Assembly: GCA_044868145.1 (NCBI GenBank)
Contig: JBIOWE010000004.1
Location: forward strand, 9,395 to 73,394
DNA from: Patescibacteria group bacterium
GTDB taxonomy: Bacteria > Patescibacteriota > Patescibacteriia > UBA10025 > JBIOWE01
Length of the DNA stretch: 64,000 nucleotides
Direction: 5' to 3'
Program-made: the position numbers and the translations under genes
Shown here: positions 1-10,200 of the stretch, piece after piece
Layout of the letters: each line of letters begins with the position of its first letter
Position numbering within the stretch: position 1 is the first letter of the stretch
Notes under the pieces: model-generated
Told to the model about the DNA's origin: nothing
Databases searched by the model: none
The model's input: the letters and a program-made list of their open reading frames with translations, nothing else

Positions 1-1021
1 GGTCACCGCACACCCATGTCGCTTCTGCAATTTGACGCAAGATGTCACGCGCTTTATAGGTGTCGGCAGGCTGCCCGTCGCGAATGTTCCGGGTTTGCCA
101 GTCGCCATCTTCGTCCACTTTTTTCATATACTCATCCGTCACGCGCACTGAATTGTTTGCGTTTTGAAACTGAATGGATTTCCACGCCTCACCATTCAGG
201 CCCATATCATAGCCAGCCGCGCCTAAGGCCCACGCTTTCTTTTCTTCAAGTTCTTTACAGTGAATAAATTCGAGGATGTCCGGGTGGTCAACGTTCAGCA
301 CAACCATTTTCGCTGCACGCCTGGTTTTACCGCCTGACTTGATCGCGCCCGCTGATGCGTCAGCCCCGCGCATAAAGGAAACAGGGCCCGAGGCCATGCC
401 GCCGGTGCTCATTGACTCTTTCGAGGAACGAAGCGCAGAAAGGTTGATGCCCGAGCCGGAGCCACCTTTAAAGATCATGCCTTCGGTTTTGATCCATTCC
501 AAAATCGAGGGCATCGTGTCTTCAATCGACAAAATGAAACATGCGGAACACTGTGGGTGCTTTTCGAATCCGACATTAAACCAAACCGGTGAATTAAAAG
601 ACGCCCGTTGATACAATAACAGGTGTTTTAGTTCATGACGAAATGTTTCCGCATCTTCCGCGGTGTCGAAGTATCCGTCGTGCTTTCCCCAGTGCGTAAT
701 CGTATCAACGACGCGGCCAATCATTTGCTTCACTGTTCGTTCGCGCTGCGGGGTACCAAGCTTGCCACGAAAATATTTTGAAACGACAACGTTCGTTGCA
801 AGTTGTGACCAAAACGATGGCACCTCAACGTCCTTCTGCGCAAACACCGCTTTGCCGTCCTCCCCACTGATGACAGCGTCGCGCTTTACCCATTCCACTT
901 CCTCAAACGGGTCAACCCCGTGAGTCGTAAAAAAATGCTCTACTTTCACACCGCGCGTCCGTTCTTTAACATGCAAGTCTCTTACCGCAGCGTGTGAGCG
1001 TTGCGTTTCTTCCGCGTACAT
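1..1021 (-). CDS. nrdJ: Class II (adenosylcobalamin-dependent) ribonucleotide reductase, N-terminal part; runs off the window edge
   Basis: Not in the ORF track. Manual minus-strand translation from ATG 1021 gives MYAEETQ...HGVDPFEEVEW...PVWFNVG..HPQCSACFILSIED..GGSGSGINLS..SGPVSFMR..SGGKTRRAAKM..HPDI..QNANNSVRVTDE, typical NrdJ motifs. Lies directly downstream of nrdR. Confidence 0.93.
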   Translation of the reverse strand, partial: MYAEETQRSHAAVRDLHVKERTRGVKVEHFFTTHGVDPFEEVEWVKRDAVISGEDGKAVFAQKDVEVPSFWSQLATNVVVSKYFRGKLGTPQRERTVKQMIGRVVDTITHWGKHDGYFDTAEDAETFRHELKHLLLYQRASFNSPVWFNVGFEKHPQCSACFILSIEDTMPSILEWIKTEGMIFKGGSGSGINLSALRSSKESMSTGGMASGPVSFMRGADASAGAIKSGGKTRRAAKMVVLNVDHPDILEFIHCKELEEKKAWALGAAGYDMGLNGEAWKSIQFQNANNSVRVTDEYMKKVDEDGDWQTRNIRDGQPADTYKARDILRQIAEATWVCGD

Positions 1022-1041
1022 ACGATACGAAAGATTAATAT

Positions 1042-1542
1042 TTATTTCTTCTTTTTGATTTTTCCGAGGGAAGGACCCGCCTTGGCTCCCCCCTTCCGAA
1101 CAAGTTGGGTTAACTCACGCTGAAACGATGCGACATCCCTGAATGATCGATATACAGATGCAAAACGGATATACGCAACCTCATCGGTGCGTCGCAAATG
1201 TTTCATAACGAGCTCTCCGATGACGCTTGAAGTAATCTCTCCCTTCTGTTTCTGCTGAATATCGCTTTCGATGCGGTTCACGAGTTTCCGAAAGTCATCT
1301 TGCGTGATTGGCCGTTTCTCGAGCGCTTTACGCAAACCAGATTCCAGTTTCTCTTTTGAATAGGGTTCGCGCCTACCGTCACGCTTAATGACCGCTAAGT
1401 TCAAAATTTCCGCTTCTTCATACGTGGAGAAGCGAAATGTACAACGTAAACATTCCCGCCGCCTTCGTATTGCCGTTCCGTCGTTCACGAGTCGCGAATC
1501 CGTTACTTTCGTCTCTGGATTATGGCAGGCAGGGCATTTCAT
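1042..1542 (-). CDS. nrdR: Transcriptional repressor NrdR
   Basis: MKCPAC..TKVTDSR..IRRRREC..C..RFSTYE zinc ribbon, ATP cone, and DEVAYIRFASVY. Confidence 0.98.
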   Translation of the reverse strand: MKCPACHNPETKVTDSRLVNDGTAIRRRRECLRCTFRFSTYEEAEILNLAVIKRDGRREPYSKEKLESGLRKALEKRPITQDDFRKLVNRIESDIQQKQKGEITSSVIGELVMKHLRRTDEVAYIRFASVYRSFRDVASFQRELTQLVRKGGAKAGPSLGKIKKKK

Positions 1543-1553
1543 GGGTATTCAAA

Positions 1554-1608
1554 GTTCAATATATAGTAGCCCTAATGATCATTATACTACTAAATATAGA
1601 AAAGTCAA
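1554..1608 (-). promoter_or_regulatory. sigma70 promoter of nrdR-nrdJ with two tandem NrdR boxes
   Basis: Minus-strand TTGACT (1608-1603), 16 nt, TATAAT (1586-1581). NrdR-box-like 16-mers GTTCAATATATAGTAG (1554-1569) and CTACTAAATATAGAAA (1587-1602) match consensus acaCwAtATaTwGtgt and start 33 bp apart. Confidence 0.85.
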
Positions 1609-1701
1609 TGGAAAAAAGAGAATTTCGGCTAAGAAAAAAGAAAAATGCCTTACAACTCTCAAGGTGATCGGTCAACGTGGGTCGCGAAGCGACCCTTACG
1701 C

Positions 1702-1710
1702 TGTGGATAA
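1702..1710 (-). promoter_or_regulatory. Perfect DnaA box upstream of the nrdR promoter
   Basis: TGTGGATAA on + equals TTATCCACA; single copy, function inferred. Confidence 0.45.
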
Positions 1711-2003
1711 CCTTCTCTACCTACTCCTCTAGGCGAGCAGGTTTTTTGAAGTCAAGGATTATTATGAGAGGCTGATAAAAAGCCGCCTTTGCTTCAAGAG
1801 GGTTATAAAGACTACTATCCAAAGGATGAGAATCGAAATGAGAAAGACTGAAAAGAGATTTACCAAGGTTCCGACGAAGACGAGGACTATTCCGAGATAT
1901 ATCGACCAAATAAATCCGTCGCGAGGAGGGGCGAGCATTGGGTCTCGCGGGTTCCCAAGCGGAGCCCTTGACGAGCGACACCTTTAAGGGGAGGGGGAGG
2001 CGT

Positions 2004-2033
2004 GGGAAGGGGGAACCGTAGGTTCCACCTCCC
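2004..2033. repeat. GC-rich palindromic hairpin downstream of ftsZ (terminator or REP-like)
   Basis: GGGAAGGGGGAACC-GTA-GGTTCCACCTCCC imperfect stem-loop. Confidence 0.5.
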
Positions 2034-2039
2034 AGTTCC

Positions 2040-3212
2040 TTACATCATTTTCCTGCGAATAAATGCGGGAATATCAAGATCTTCCTCTTCTTTTTTAGGT
2101 TTTTCTTCCTGAACAGGTGGCGGGATGGGTCGGCTTACTGGTCTCGGTCTTGCAACTGACGGCCGCGGCTCTGTTGGCTCAGAGATCATTTCTTCTTTCT
2201 TCATCCCAAAGGGCATAATCTTGCGAATCGTCTTTTGTTTTGATCCAAATCCAGTCGCAATCACGGTGATTCTGACTTCATCCTTCATGGATTCGTCGAT
2301 CACAGCGCCAAAGATCACCTTCGCATTCTGATCAGCTGAAGCGGTGATGATGCGCGCGGCTTCGTTTACTTCATACATGCCAAGGCCGGGGCCTCCGGTA
2401 ACGGTAAAGAGAACGCCTTTCGCACCATCAATGGAAACTTCCAGGAGCGGACTGTCAATCGCAGCCTTCGCGGCGTCAACCGCGCGGTTCTCCCCTTGCC
2501 CGCGGCCGATGCCCATGAGCGCGGTACCTGCGTTTTCCATGATCGCCTTCACGTCGGCAAAATCCACGTTGATGATACCGGGGACGGTTATGAGATCCGC
2601 GATGCCTTGCACGCCCTGTCGCAACACGTCGTCCACCGTGCCGAATGCGTCGAGCAGCGATGTCTTCTTATCAATGATTTGCAAAATGCGATCGTTTGGG
2701 ATCACAATGATCGTGTCAACCTTGTCCGTCAGATCCGCGAGTCCTGATTCGCTGATGGCACGCCGCTGCGCTCCCTCAAACGAAAATGGCTTTGTGACAA
2801 CCGCAACAACAAGACTACCGACGTCTTTTGCGATGTCAGCAATGAGAGGCGACGCGCCAGTGCCTGTACCGCCGCCAAGCCCGCACGTCATGAATACCAT
2901 GTCCGCACCTTTCAAGCGCTCATGAATTTCGTCTTGGCTTTCCTCCGCAGCTTTACGCCCAAGTTCCGGGTCCATGCCTGCGCCAAGCCCCTTGGTAGCT
3001 GTTTTGCCGATATGCAGCTTGTGCGGCGCTTTGGAGTGATGCAACGCTTGCGCATCCGTGTTCATCGCGAGAAATTCAACACCGCGGATCTTTCCGGAGC
3101 TAATCATCCGGTCAATTGCCGCGCCACCGGACCCGCCAACGCCCACAACCTTAATTTTTGCGAAGGTTTCGATGTCAGGCTTTATCTCAATTGTGCTGTT
3201 TTCACGTCTCAT
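2040..3212 (-). CDS. ftsZ: Cell division protein FtsZ
   Basis: IKVVGVGGSGG, GGGTGTG tubulin signature, INVDFADV, C-terminal LDIPAFIRR. Confidence 0.99.
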   Translation of the reverse strand: MRRENSTIEIKPDIETFAKIKVVGVGGSGGAAIDRMISSGKIRGVEFLAMNTDAQALHHSKAPHKLHIGKTATKGLGAGMDPELGRKAAEESQDEIHERLKGADMVFMTCGLGGGTGTGASPLIADIAKDVGSLVVAVVTKPFSFEGAQRRAISESGLADLTDKVDTIIVIPNDRILQIIDKKTSLLDAFGTVDDVLRQGVQGIADLITVPGIINVDFADVKAIMENAGTALMGIGRGQGENRAVDAAKAAIDSPLLEVSIDGAKGVLFTVTGGPGLGMYEVNEAARIITASADQNAKVIFGAVIDESMKDEVRITVIATGFGSKQKTIRKIMPFGMKKEEMISEPTEPRPSVARPRPVSRPIPPPVQEEKPKKEEEDLDIPAFIRRKMM

Positions 3213-3224
3213 AACAAAACATAC

Positions 3225-4472
3225 TTAAGGCATCAATGATTTAAACCACTTTTTCATTTTTGAAGTGACGTCGCTGATGGAAGAAAAACGCGGCAAGGTC
3301 ATTCCTCCGGATTGTCGCTCCGTAAAGCCGAGCGCCCAAAACAGTAACCCAACAGCCGTTGTGAAGCTAAGGTCGTTTACTTTATCAACCGCGGTAGAGC
3401 CGAGCCCAATCGGATAACCTGGGGAGGCGGGCAGGCGCAATTCTTTTTTCGCCACTTCCACAAAACCCGGGAGCTTCGCGCCGCCGCCGGTTAATATTGC
3501 ACCTGCTGGCAACATGCCGGAACGGTCGATGGATTGAAGTTGTTTATCCACCATTTTAAAAATTTCTTGGCAACGCGCCTCGATTATTTCTGCCACGTGC
3601 TTGCGGGAGACAACGCCCTCTTCCTTTGAATCAATTTCAGCGAGATTGATTTCATCACGTTTACCAACTTCTTCCGGGATCGCAGTTCCATACTGTATCT
3701 TAATTTCTTCGGCAAGACCAATGGACGTGCGCAAGCCAATGGCGATGTCATTCGTAATATGGCTCGAACCGATTGGGAGGATTGCCGTATGGAGCACGTC
3801 GCCTTCTTCAAACACGAGCATGCTGGTCGTCGAACCGCCGATGTTCACAAGGACAACACCGAGGTCTTTTTGTTTCTTATCAAGGACGCTCTCTGACGCG
3901 GCAAGGACTCCAAGTATAATATCATCAATATCGACCCCTGTCCGATAAACGCATTTTGTTAAATTTTTTACCTGGCTCGTCAGCGCTTGAATAATCTGGG
4001 CGTCAACCTCAAGGCGAATGCCGGTCATCCCGATGGGATCTTTAATCCCGCGCTGGTTATCTACGGTGAAGCTCCGCGGAATAACGTGGAGAATTTCATA
4101 GTTCGGCGGCGTCGCAACCGCTTGCGCCGCTTCGATGACGCGCTCAACATCTTCTTCTTTTATCTCGCCGTCAGCCTTTGATACCGCCACAACACCGTGA
4201 CTGTCTTGCGACGTCACGTGCGGACCGTTAATGCTCACATACATGTGCTCAATAGGAACACCGGTCATTCGTTCCGCTTTTTCGAGCGCCGCGGAGATGC
4301 TCGAAACCGCGTCTTCGATACTGGTGATTGTTCCCTTCGAAACGCCTTCCGCAGGATGCTCGGCAGCGCCAAGGACATGGATGCTTTTGTCGTTTGGGTT
4401 GACTTGTCCGACAACAACGCGAATTGTCGTCGAGCCAACGTCTAAACCGGTAAGAATATCTTGTCGAGCCAT
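3225..4472 (-). CDS. ftsA: Cell division protein FtsA
   Basis: GLDVGSTTI, ILTGGGAKLPG, C-terminal amphipathic KMKKWFKSL; upstream of ftsZ. Confidence 0.98.
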   Translation of the reverse strand: MARQDILTGLDVGSTTIRVVVGQVNPNDKSIHVLGAAEHPAEGVSKGTITSIEDAVSSISAALEKAERMTGVPIEHMYVSINGPHVTSQDSHGVVAVSKADGEIKEEDVERVIEAAQAVATPPNYEILHVIPRSFTVDNQRGIKDPIGMTGIRLEVDAQIIQALTSQVKNLTKCVYRTGVDIDDIILGVLAASESVLDKKQKDLGVVLVNIGGSTTSMLVFEEGDVLHTAILPIGSSHITNDIAIGLRTSIGLAEEIKIQYGTAIPEEVGKRDEINLAEIDSKEEGVVSRKHVAEIIEARCQEIFKMVDKQLQSIDRSGMLPAGAILTGGGAKLPGFVEVAKKELRLPASPGYPIGLGSTAVDKVNDLSFTTAVGLLFWALGFTERQSGGMTLPRFSSISDVTSKMKKWFKSLMP

Positions 4473-4542
4473 AATACTGATCGTTTTTCTCTACTTGAGA
4501 GTATTATAGATGATTTTTTACAATTAGCAAAGCGTTAAAGCG

Positions 4543-4911
4543 CTACCGTCCGATGATGTATGGTCCGAATATGAGTATACCAATTATGATGGCGGAAAGC
4601 GAGGCCACGAGCACGGTTGCCGCCATAATGTCTTTTACCATTTCGGCGTAGTGATGAATGCGTGGCTCCAACATATCGACAATTTTTTCGAATATCGTAT
4701 TGATGAGTTCAAGAATTAATACAATGGTGATCACCAAGAGTAAAATAATGGCCTGCCATAATCGAACACGAAAATAGATCATGAGAATTGCGACAATAAG
4801 CCCGGCCAAGAGATGTAGCCGGAAACTCTGCTCATGCTTAAACACATACCAAAATCCTTGAAAGGCGTATCGAAAGCTTCGGATCAGTTGTTTAAGACGA
4901 AGGAGTACCAT
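4543..4911 (-). CDS. dgkA: Diacylglycerol/undecaprenol kinase (DgkA family)
   Basis: SFRYAFQG..E..F, ELINTIFEKIVD, KDIMAATV; three TM helices; next to ybeY. Confidence 0.9.
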   Translation of the reverse strand: MVLLRLKQLIRSFRYAFQGFWYVFKHEQSFRLHLLAGLIVAILMIYFRVRLWQAIILLLVITIVLILELINTIFEKIVDMLEPRIHHYAEMVKDIMAATVLVASLSAIIIGILIFGPYIIGR

Positions 4912-4922
4912 ACTGTTATTTC

Positions 4923-5360
4923 TTATGTGAGACGAGAGATGATACGATGCTCAAGCTTTTGCATGCGTTTCTCCGCGCGGCTTCCATGATGGTCATAACC
5001 AAGCAGGTGCACAATACCATGAACTATTAAACTGTTCAACGCATTTCCGTACGACAGGTCGTTCTTGCGCGCATAGGTTCTGATTTCGGCTGTACAAAGC
5101 AGGACCTCTCCGAGAAAATTTTCTTGCTCATGAGGGAATGACAACCGACCAGAAGCGGAAGAAAACGATAAAACCGTAGTTGACCGTCGTTTGCCGCGGT
5201 ACCGTGCATTCAAACGTTTCATTGTTGATGGGGAAACGAATGCAAACGTAACCAGTGCGTGACGCAAACGTGGTGCAACATCTCCGGCGACGCGCATAAT
5301 TTTTTTTATTCCCTCTCGAGGAGCGCGCCCGCCTGAACTGTTATGAATTTCAAAAGGCAT
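4923..5360 (-). CDS. ybeY: rRNA maturation RNase YbeY
   Basis: LNARYRGK..T.VLSF and HGIVHLLGYDH zinc motif. Confidence 0.95.
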   Translation of the reverse strand: MPFEIHNSSGGRAPREGIKKIMRVAGDVAPRLRHALVTFAFVSPSTMKRLNARYRGKRRSTTVLSFSSASGRLSFPHEQENFLGEVLLCTAEIRTYARKNDLSYGNALNSLIVHGIVHLLGYDHHGSRAEKRMQKLEHRIISRLT

Positions 5361-6446
5361 CTAGTAATAGTAATAACTGTTGCCGTTTGTGTTTGTGTTC
5401 GCGCTGGCGTTTGTATTGGTTTTGGTGTTTGTATTTTTGTTTTGGTTCACCGAACTGTTCGTATTCGTAGTCCCGCCGCCGCTGACATTAAAGCTGAAAT
5501 AAAACATCTGAAAGGCAGTTGGGTAATTCGCTTCGGTTAAAACATTCGTGTTGTAACTCAGAACGTACGTTGTCGTTCCTTTCACGTAATACACCGCGTG
5601 ACCATCTAGACTCTTCGCGCCTTCGAGAGTTTTGCTCCAGTTCTGGACACTCTGAACTTTAGACGAATCAACGCCGGGCGATTTTGTTAGGTACCAATCT
5701 TTTGCGGACAGCGCCGCGGGATTTTCTTGCATACCGACGCTGAAAAATTCACCCGTCGTCGATGCGAACAGCGCCGCGTCCGGATCCTGGGGGTCTGGGC
5801 TTTCCGTAAACGCCGCAGGATACAACACGGTAAAACCGCTCAATCCCGCATATGTTTTCACGAACGTCTGCTGATCGAGCTTACCCGCGCCGAGGGGGTT
5901 ATAATTGTTGACGATCTCCTGTCCGTCAGAAAAACCGTCTCCGTCAGTGTCCGGTTTTTGAAAATCCGTTCCAAATGCTCTTTCTTCTTCGTCCGTTACG
6001 TTATCGAGGTCCGTATCTCGGCTTGATGGAAGGGTTGTATTGGCGTTGAGGTTGCTATTGGTGTTTGTATTCGTGTTGGAAAAAATATTGAGATTTTTAT
6101 TCGTATTGCTGGTACTGTTCAAATTAAAATTAAGGCTTTGATTTGTATTCGCCGTATTCGAGTTTCGGTTTTGATTCAAGTTCGTGAGGATATTCGTTTG
6201 CACAAAGACGTTGGTATTAGCATTCTCTGATCCTGGCCCGAGGAAACGCTGCAAAGCGAAGACACCCCCTCCGACGACGGCAAGGACAATAACGGTAATG
6301 ATGGCAATCTTAAGGACTGGCGACTTCTTCCGAACTCTCAGCCCGTCTTGCGTGTGGAACTTCTCAGGCATCGTGTATACGTCAGCCGCAGGTCGCTTCG
6401 GCCCTGCCGGTTTTGCAAAAGATTGGGATTGTCGGTCATTGGCCAT
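5361..6446 (-). CDS. Membrane-anchored Asn/Thr-rich protein with DxDxDG Ca-binding repeats and a PsbP-like C-terminal domain
   Basis: One TM helix, N/T low-complexity linker, DTDLDNVTD..DTDGDGFSDGQEI..YNP, then GFTVLYP..ENPAALSAKDWY. Confidence 0.75.
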   Translation of the reverse strand: MANDRQSQSFAKPAGPKRPAADVYTMPEKFHTQDGLRVRKKSPVLKIAIITVIVLAVVGGGVFALQRFLGPGSENANTNVFVQTNILTNLNQNRNSNTANTNQSLNFNLNSTSNTNKNLNIFSNTNTNTNSNLNANTTLPSSRDTDLDNVTDEEERAFGTDFQKPDTDGDGFSDGQEIVNNYNPLGAGKLDQQTFVKTYAGLSGFTVLYPAAFTESPDPQDPDAALFASTTGEFFSVGMQENPAALSAKDWYLTKSPGVDSSKVQSVQNWSKTLEGAKSLDGHAVYYVKGTTTYVLSYNTNVLTEANYPTAFQMFYFSFNVSGGGTTNTNSSVNQNKNTNTKTNTNASANTNTNGNSYYYY

Positions 6447-6562
6447 AAGTAAAGTAAAAAGTAAAAACTAAAAAGGAAAAATTAACTTTTATTTTACCAC
6501 CACGAATCGAGTATCACGAATCCACACGAATCTCACGCTCGAAAAATTAGTGAAAATTAGTG
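6447..6562. repeat. Intergenic short tandem repeats (AAGTAAA-like run; CACGAAT x3; AAATTAGTG x2)
   Basis: Directly visible between two surface-protein genes. Confidence 0.6.
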
Positions 6563-6568
6563 GAGGGT

Positions 6569-7138
6569 TTATAATTTTTCTTTTTCGCGATTCAAGTCAA
6601 GCAATAATCCGGGGCCGGCCGGGTTGGTGCCCGCCTGAACCTCGCTCCCATCCTTAACACCGTCGCCATCCGTATCACTCACCAGAGGGTTTGTATTATA
6701 CACGCGCACTTCGTCGCGATCAAAAAGCCCGTCGCTATCCGAATCAGGAAGATTCGGATTTGTTCCAAGCGACGCCTCTTCTTCATCGGTGAGTCCGTCA
6801 CCGTCCGCATCATCCCCTTTTGACGAAGCCGACGGCACCATGACATTCGTATTCTCTGCGGCAATATTCGCAACGGTATTCGTGCTTGATGGCGTGCTAC
6901 GCTTATTAAAGAAATTAACAACTGCAAACGCGGCAGCGCCAAGGACGATAAGGACAATCAAAATAGTCACGACCGTACGTAACGGAAACGTCGTTCTCCC
7001 TTCTGGGGCAAGTGGCATCGCCGATTTAACCGCACGCCTCTGCGGAACAGGCGATGGTTTTTGAACCTGTGGGGATGGCTTGTTCTCCGAACTTGCGTCG
7101 GAAAAAATATCTTCTACCTTTTCACGGTTGTTCGCCAT
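6569..7138 (-). CDS. Membrane-anchored protein with thrombospondin type-3-like DxDGDG repeats
   Basis: TM helix, then DADGDGLTDEEE..GTNP..DSDSDGLFDRDEV..TNP..DTDGDGVKDGSEV..GTNP. Confidence 0.8.
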   Translation of the reverse strand: MANNREKVEDIFSDASSENKPSPQVQKPSPVPQRRAVKSAMPLAPEGRTTFPLRTVVTILIVLIVLGAAAFAVVNFFNKRSTPSSTNTVANIAAENTNVMVPSASSKGDDADGDGLTDEEEASLGTNPNLPDSDSDGLFDRDEVRVYNTNPLVSDTDGDGVKDGSEVQAGTNPAGPGLLLDLNREKEKL

Positions 7139-7203
7139 AGTGGTTTAGTCAAAGTTGAGAGTAAACAAAATTGAGGCTCCTCCATGCATCAGAATCCCAG
7201 GCG

Positions 7204-10200
7204 CTATGTCGGAGGAGGGATAAAACATGTTACACTGTTTGCTTTACAAACATTGGTGCCTTCTGTTCTACAGCAGTATTCGGTCGAAAGATTGCAACCA
7301 GTGCTGGACGAGTACGGGGGCGAGTAATGGAATGCGCAATGACGCAGCGTAAGTTGTACATTCGGCGAATTAGCGAAGTTGCCTGCGCGGTCATACGCCC
7401 GTACTTGATTTATATAGGTGCCATCGCCGTAGAAATCCGTCGGCCAGAAATACTCGTATGGCGGCGCGCCGAACGAAATGGTCCACACAAGGCTGCCATC
7501 TTGGCGGAACTCCACAACACTCACTCCGGACCCGCTATCAGACGCTGTTGCTTGGATGGTCACGTCGCTATCACTTGTCGATGGCCACGTGGCGTTGGTA
7601 CCGCCGCCGACGATTCCGCCGTTCAATGCAATTGCGTTATACCAAACGGCGGTGAAATCTACCGCAGGAGCTACCGTATCGAGCGTTATCGTATCAGTGG
7701 CTGTGGCGCTTATATGTTGCGGGCTCGCGTTATCACGTACTTGGGCATAAACGGTTTTCGTTCCATCACCCGCCGGTAGTGTCCAGCTGGCTGTCGCCGC
7801 ATACGCTATCCACGCGGACCAGGTCGTACCATCATTCGAGAAGCGCATATCCACCAAGCCATTATCGTCTGTAGCAGAAATGTTCAAAGTGACATTTTGT
7901 GAATTCGTATACTGCGCGCCGCCGTTAATGGAGAACGAAGTGATGTTTGGCGGCGAGTCAACTGGATTATTCACGGTGACATTGATCAATGTCCCACCAG
8001 TCCTGCCAGCATTATCGCGCGCGGTCGCGACCAATGAATGATTTCCGTTACCCGTAGTCAGGGTATTCCACGTCATTTTGAACGTCGTCGGCGGCGTTTG
8101 CGCGTCTGAACCGATTGGCGTAATAAAATCTCGGAATGTCACGGTTGTCGGGTTTGTGGTATTGGCAACGCTGACTTCGAGCTGGACGCTTCCAACCAAC
8201 GTAGCGCCATTTGTCGGGGTAACAAACGTAACGGCCAGGTTATTTACGACGCTTACGTCAACGTAATCGGAGCCAACGTTACCGCCGCCATCGGTCGCGC
8301 TGAGCGTAATGCGGTAGGATCCATCAGGAATGCCGCTGGTGTCCCACGTAACGTTGCAATTAGCAAACCGTGTGCCTGGGCCGAAGGGTGGTGTGGGAGG
8401 GCAGCTGAACGACGCCACAATTGCCGCATTGATACTATTGATGTCTACGATCGTAATGTCCATACGCGAGAGGCCCAGATCGTCCGTCGCGTGCGTGTTA
8501 ATGGCAACAGACCCGTACACGGTCGCACCATCAGCGGGCGCGTCAATGAACGCTTGTGGGACAATAAGGTCCTTAATATTCTCTACGCGCAGAGATTCCG
8601 ATATTTCGGTGAAGTTGCCTGCTGCATCGTAGGCGCGGGCGCGGAGCGTTTTCCAGCCGTTCGCATAACTGGTTGTTTGCCAGGCCCACGACCATCCGCC
8701 AGCAGCGTTATTGTCCTCATATTCCACCTGGAAGCCGAGAAGAAACTTCACGCTCACAACCGCATTATTATCAGTCGCGGTTACGCCAATCGTTTGTGTA
8801 CCCGAGACTGTGTCGCCGTCCCTCGGTGGAGGAATAAACTGCACGTTAGACGGAGGTGTCGTATCGTTTATAGCATTTTGCGTTGTGACGTTCACCGGAT
8901 TTGAGGTTGTTTGATTGACTGTATCGTACGCGCGGGCAGTGAGCACATGGTTACCATTAGCCACAAGAGCAGTGTTAAAGAGCCATGACCACCCATCCGC
9001 ACCGTTCAGATCAGTATTTTTGATTACGCCGTCAAGGAGAAAATCAACTTTGACCACTGCCTCATTGTCAGCTGCGTTCGCTGTCACGGTTGTATTGCCA
9101 GTCAGGTTTGCGCCATTTGTTGGGCTGGCTATGGAAATTGATGGCGGCACAACATCCGGATTGCTGACGGTCACATGAATAATTTTTTGTCCAATATTCG
9201 CATAATCGTCATACGCGATTGCTTTTAATTCGTGCACACCATTTGTGAATGTGGTCGTGTTCCAGTTGCCGCTGCAGTTTGTCACACCGTTCACATTCGT
9301 ACAGTTTATAAACTGTACGCCGTCGATTTGCAATTCAAGAATAATGACCTTATTTCTATCTGTCGCATAGGCTTCAAACTTCACGACATTCCCGGACACG
9401 ACTTCATTATCTGATGGGAACGTAATAAACACGGACGGCGGACTATTGTCCGGATTAGTGTTATTGATGTTTTTTGACTGAATCCTGACACTTTGATTAC
9501 CCACAGTATCATACGCGAGGATTTTGACCTCATGACTGCCGTCAGCGAATTGTCTGCTGTTCCATTGCCATGTCCAGCCGTTCGATCCGTCCGTATCAGT
9601 GGACTGCCGAATGCCGTCGAGGTAAAACTCAACGCGAGCCACACCGCTTGGCGCATCCGTTACGCTCGCCGTAACGGTGATTGTGCCAGAGGACCCGGAG
9701 AATGTGACGCTGGAGATAATCGGACCCGAACGGTCAGCCGCGCTTCCGACAACGCCAACAGTGTAATTAAAGCAGCCACATGACGACGGCGAGGTACACG
9801 GATTATATGATCCATACGAACCAACCCGCCATTGCGCGCCACCGTACTCAAGGTTCGCGTATAAATTAGCATCATCACCATTGTTACGCGCCTCATACAA
9901 ATAGAGATGAGATCCGGCGGAGCACTGGAAATTCTTATCGCCCTCCCGCCAGCACGCCTTCTGATCGAAGTCTGCTGGGCATGAGCTGAACGCGTTGAGC
10001 GGATCGCTTGCCATGGACCGGCCGAGCGTCTTTCCGAGCGTCTCTTGCCACGACGGCCAGCGTGAGGTGCTTAACCCGGCTATATACGTACCGCCACCGA
10101 GCGTCGGGAACGCGCCGTTCTTCGATTTGTGCACAAGCAAAGCGAGGTAGAGGTCGTACAAATCTTGTACGCGCTTCGCGTCTCGGCGAATCGCCAGTTG

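Noticed and set aside
16-923. Plus-strand ORFs 16-267, 276-611 and 663-923
   Set aside because: They are antisense shadows of nrdJ, which has clear motifs on the minus strand.
1721-1981. 86-aa minus-strand ORF between ftsZ and nrdR
   Set aside because: It has no recognisable motif or RBS and overlaps GC-rich hairpins, so it is not supported as a gene.
1620-2040. Possible oriC (DnaA box in a long intergenic region); also a lone DnaA box at 44710-44718
   Set aside because: Only single boxes were seen, with no cluster and no dnaA/dnaN nearby.
6040-6230. Asn/Thr-coding low-complexity repeats as a CRISPR or VNTR
   Set aside because: They are in-frame coding low-complexity sequence; no repeat-spacer periodicity and no cas genes were seen anywhere in the window.
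7700-9750. Diversity-generating retroelement target in the repeated Ig domains
   Set aside because: The repeats are diverged at all bases. No near-identical TR/VR pair differing at adenines and no reverse transcriptase were seen.
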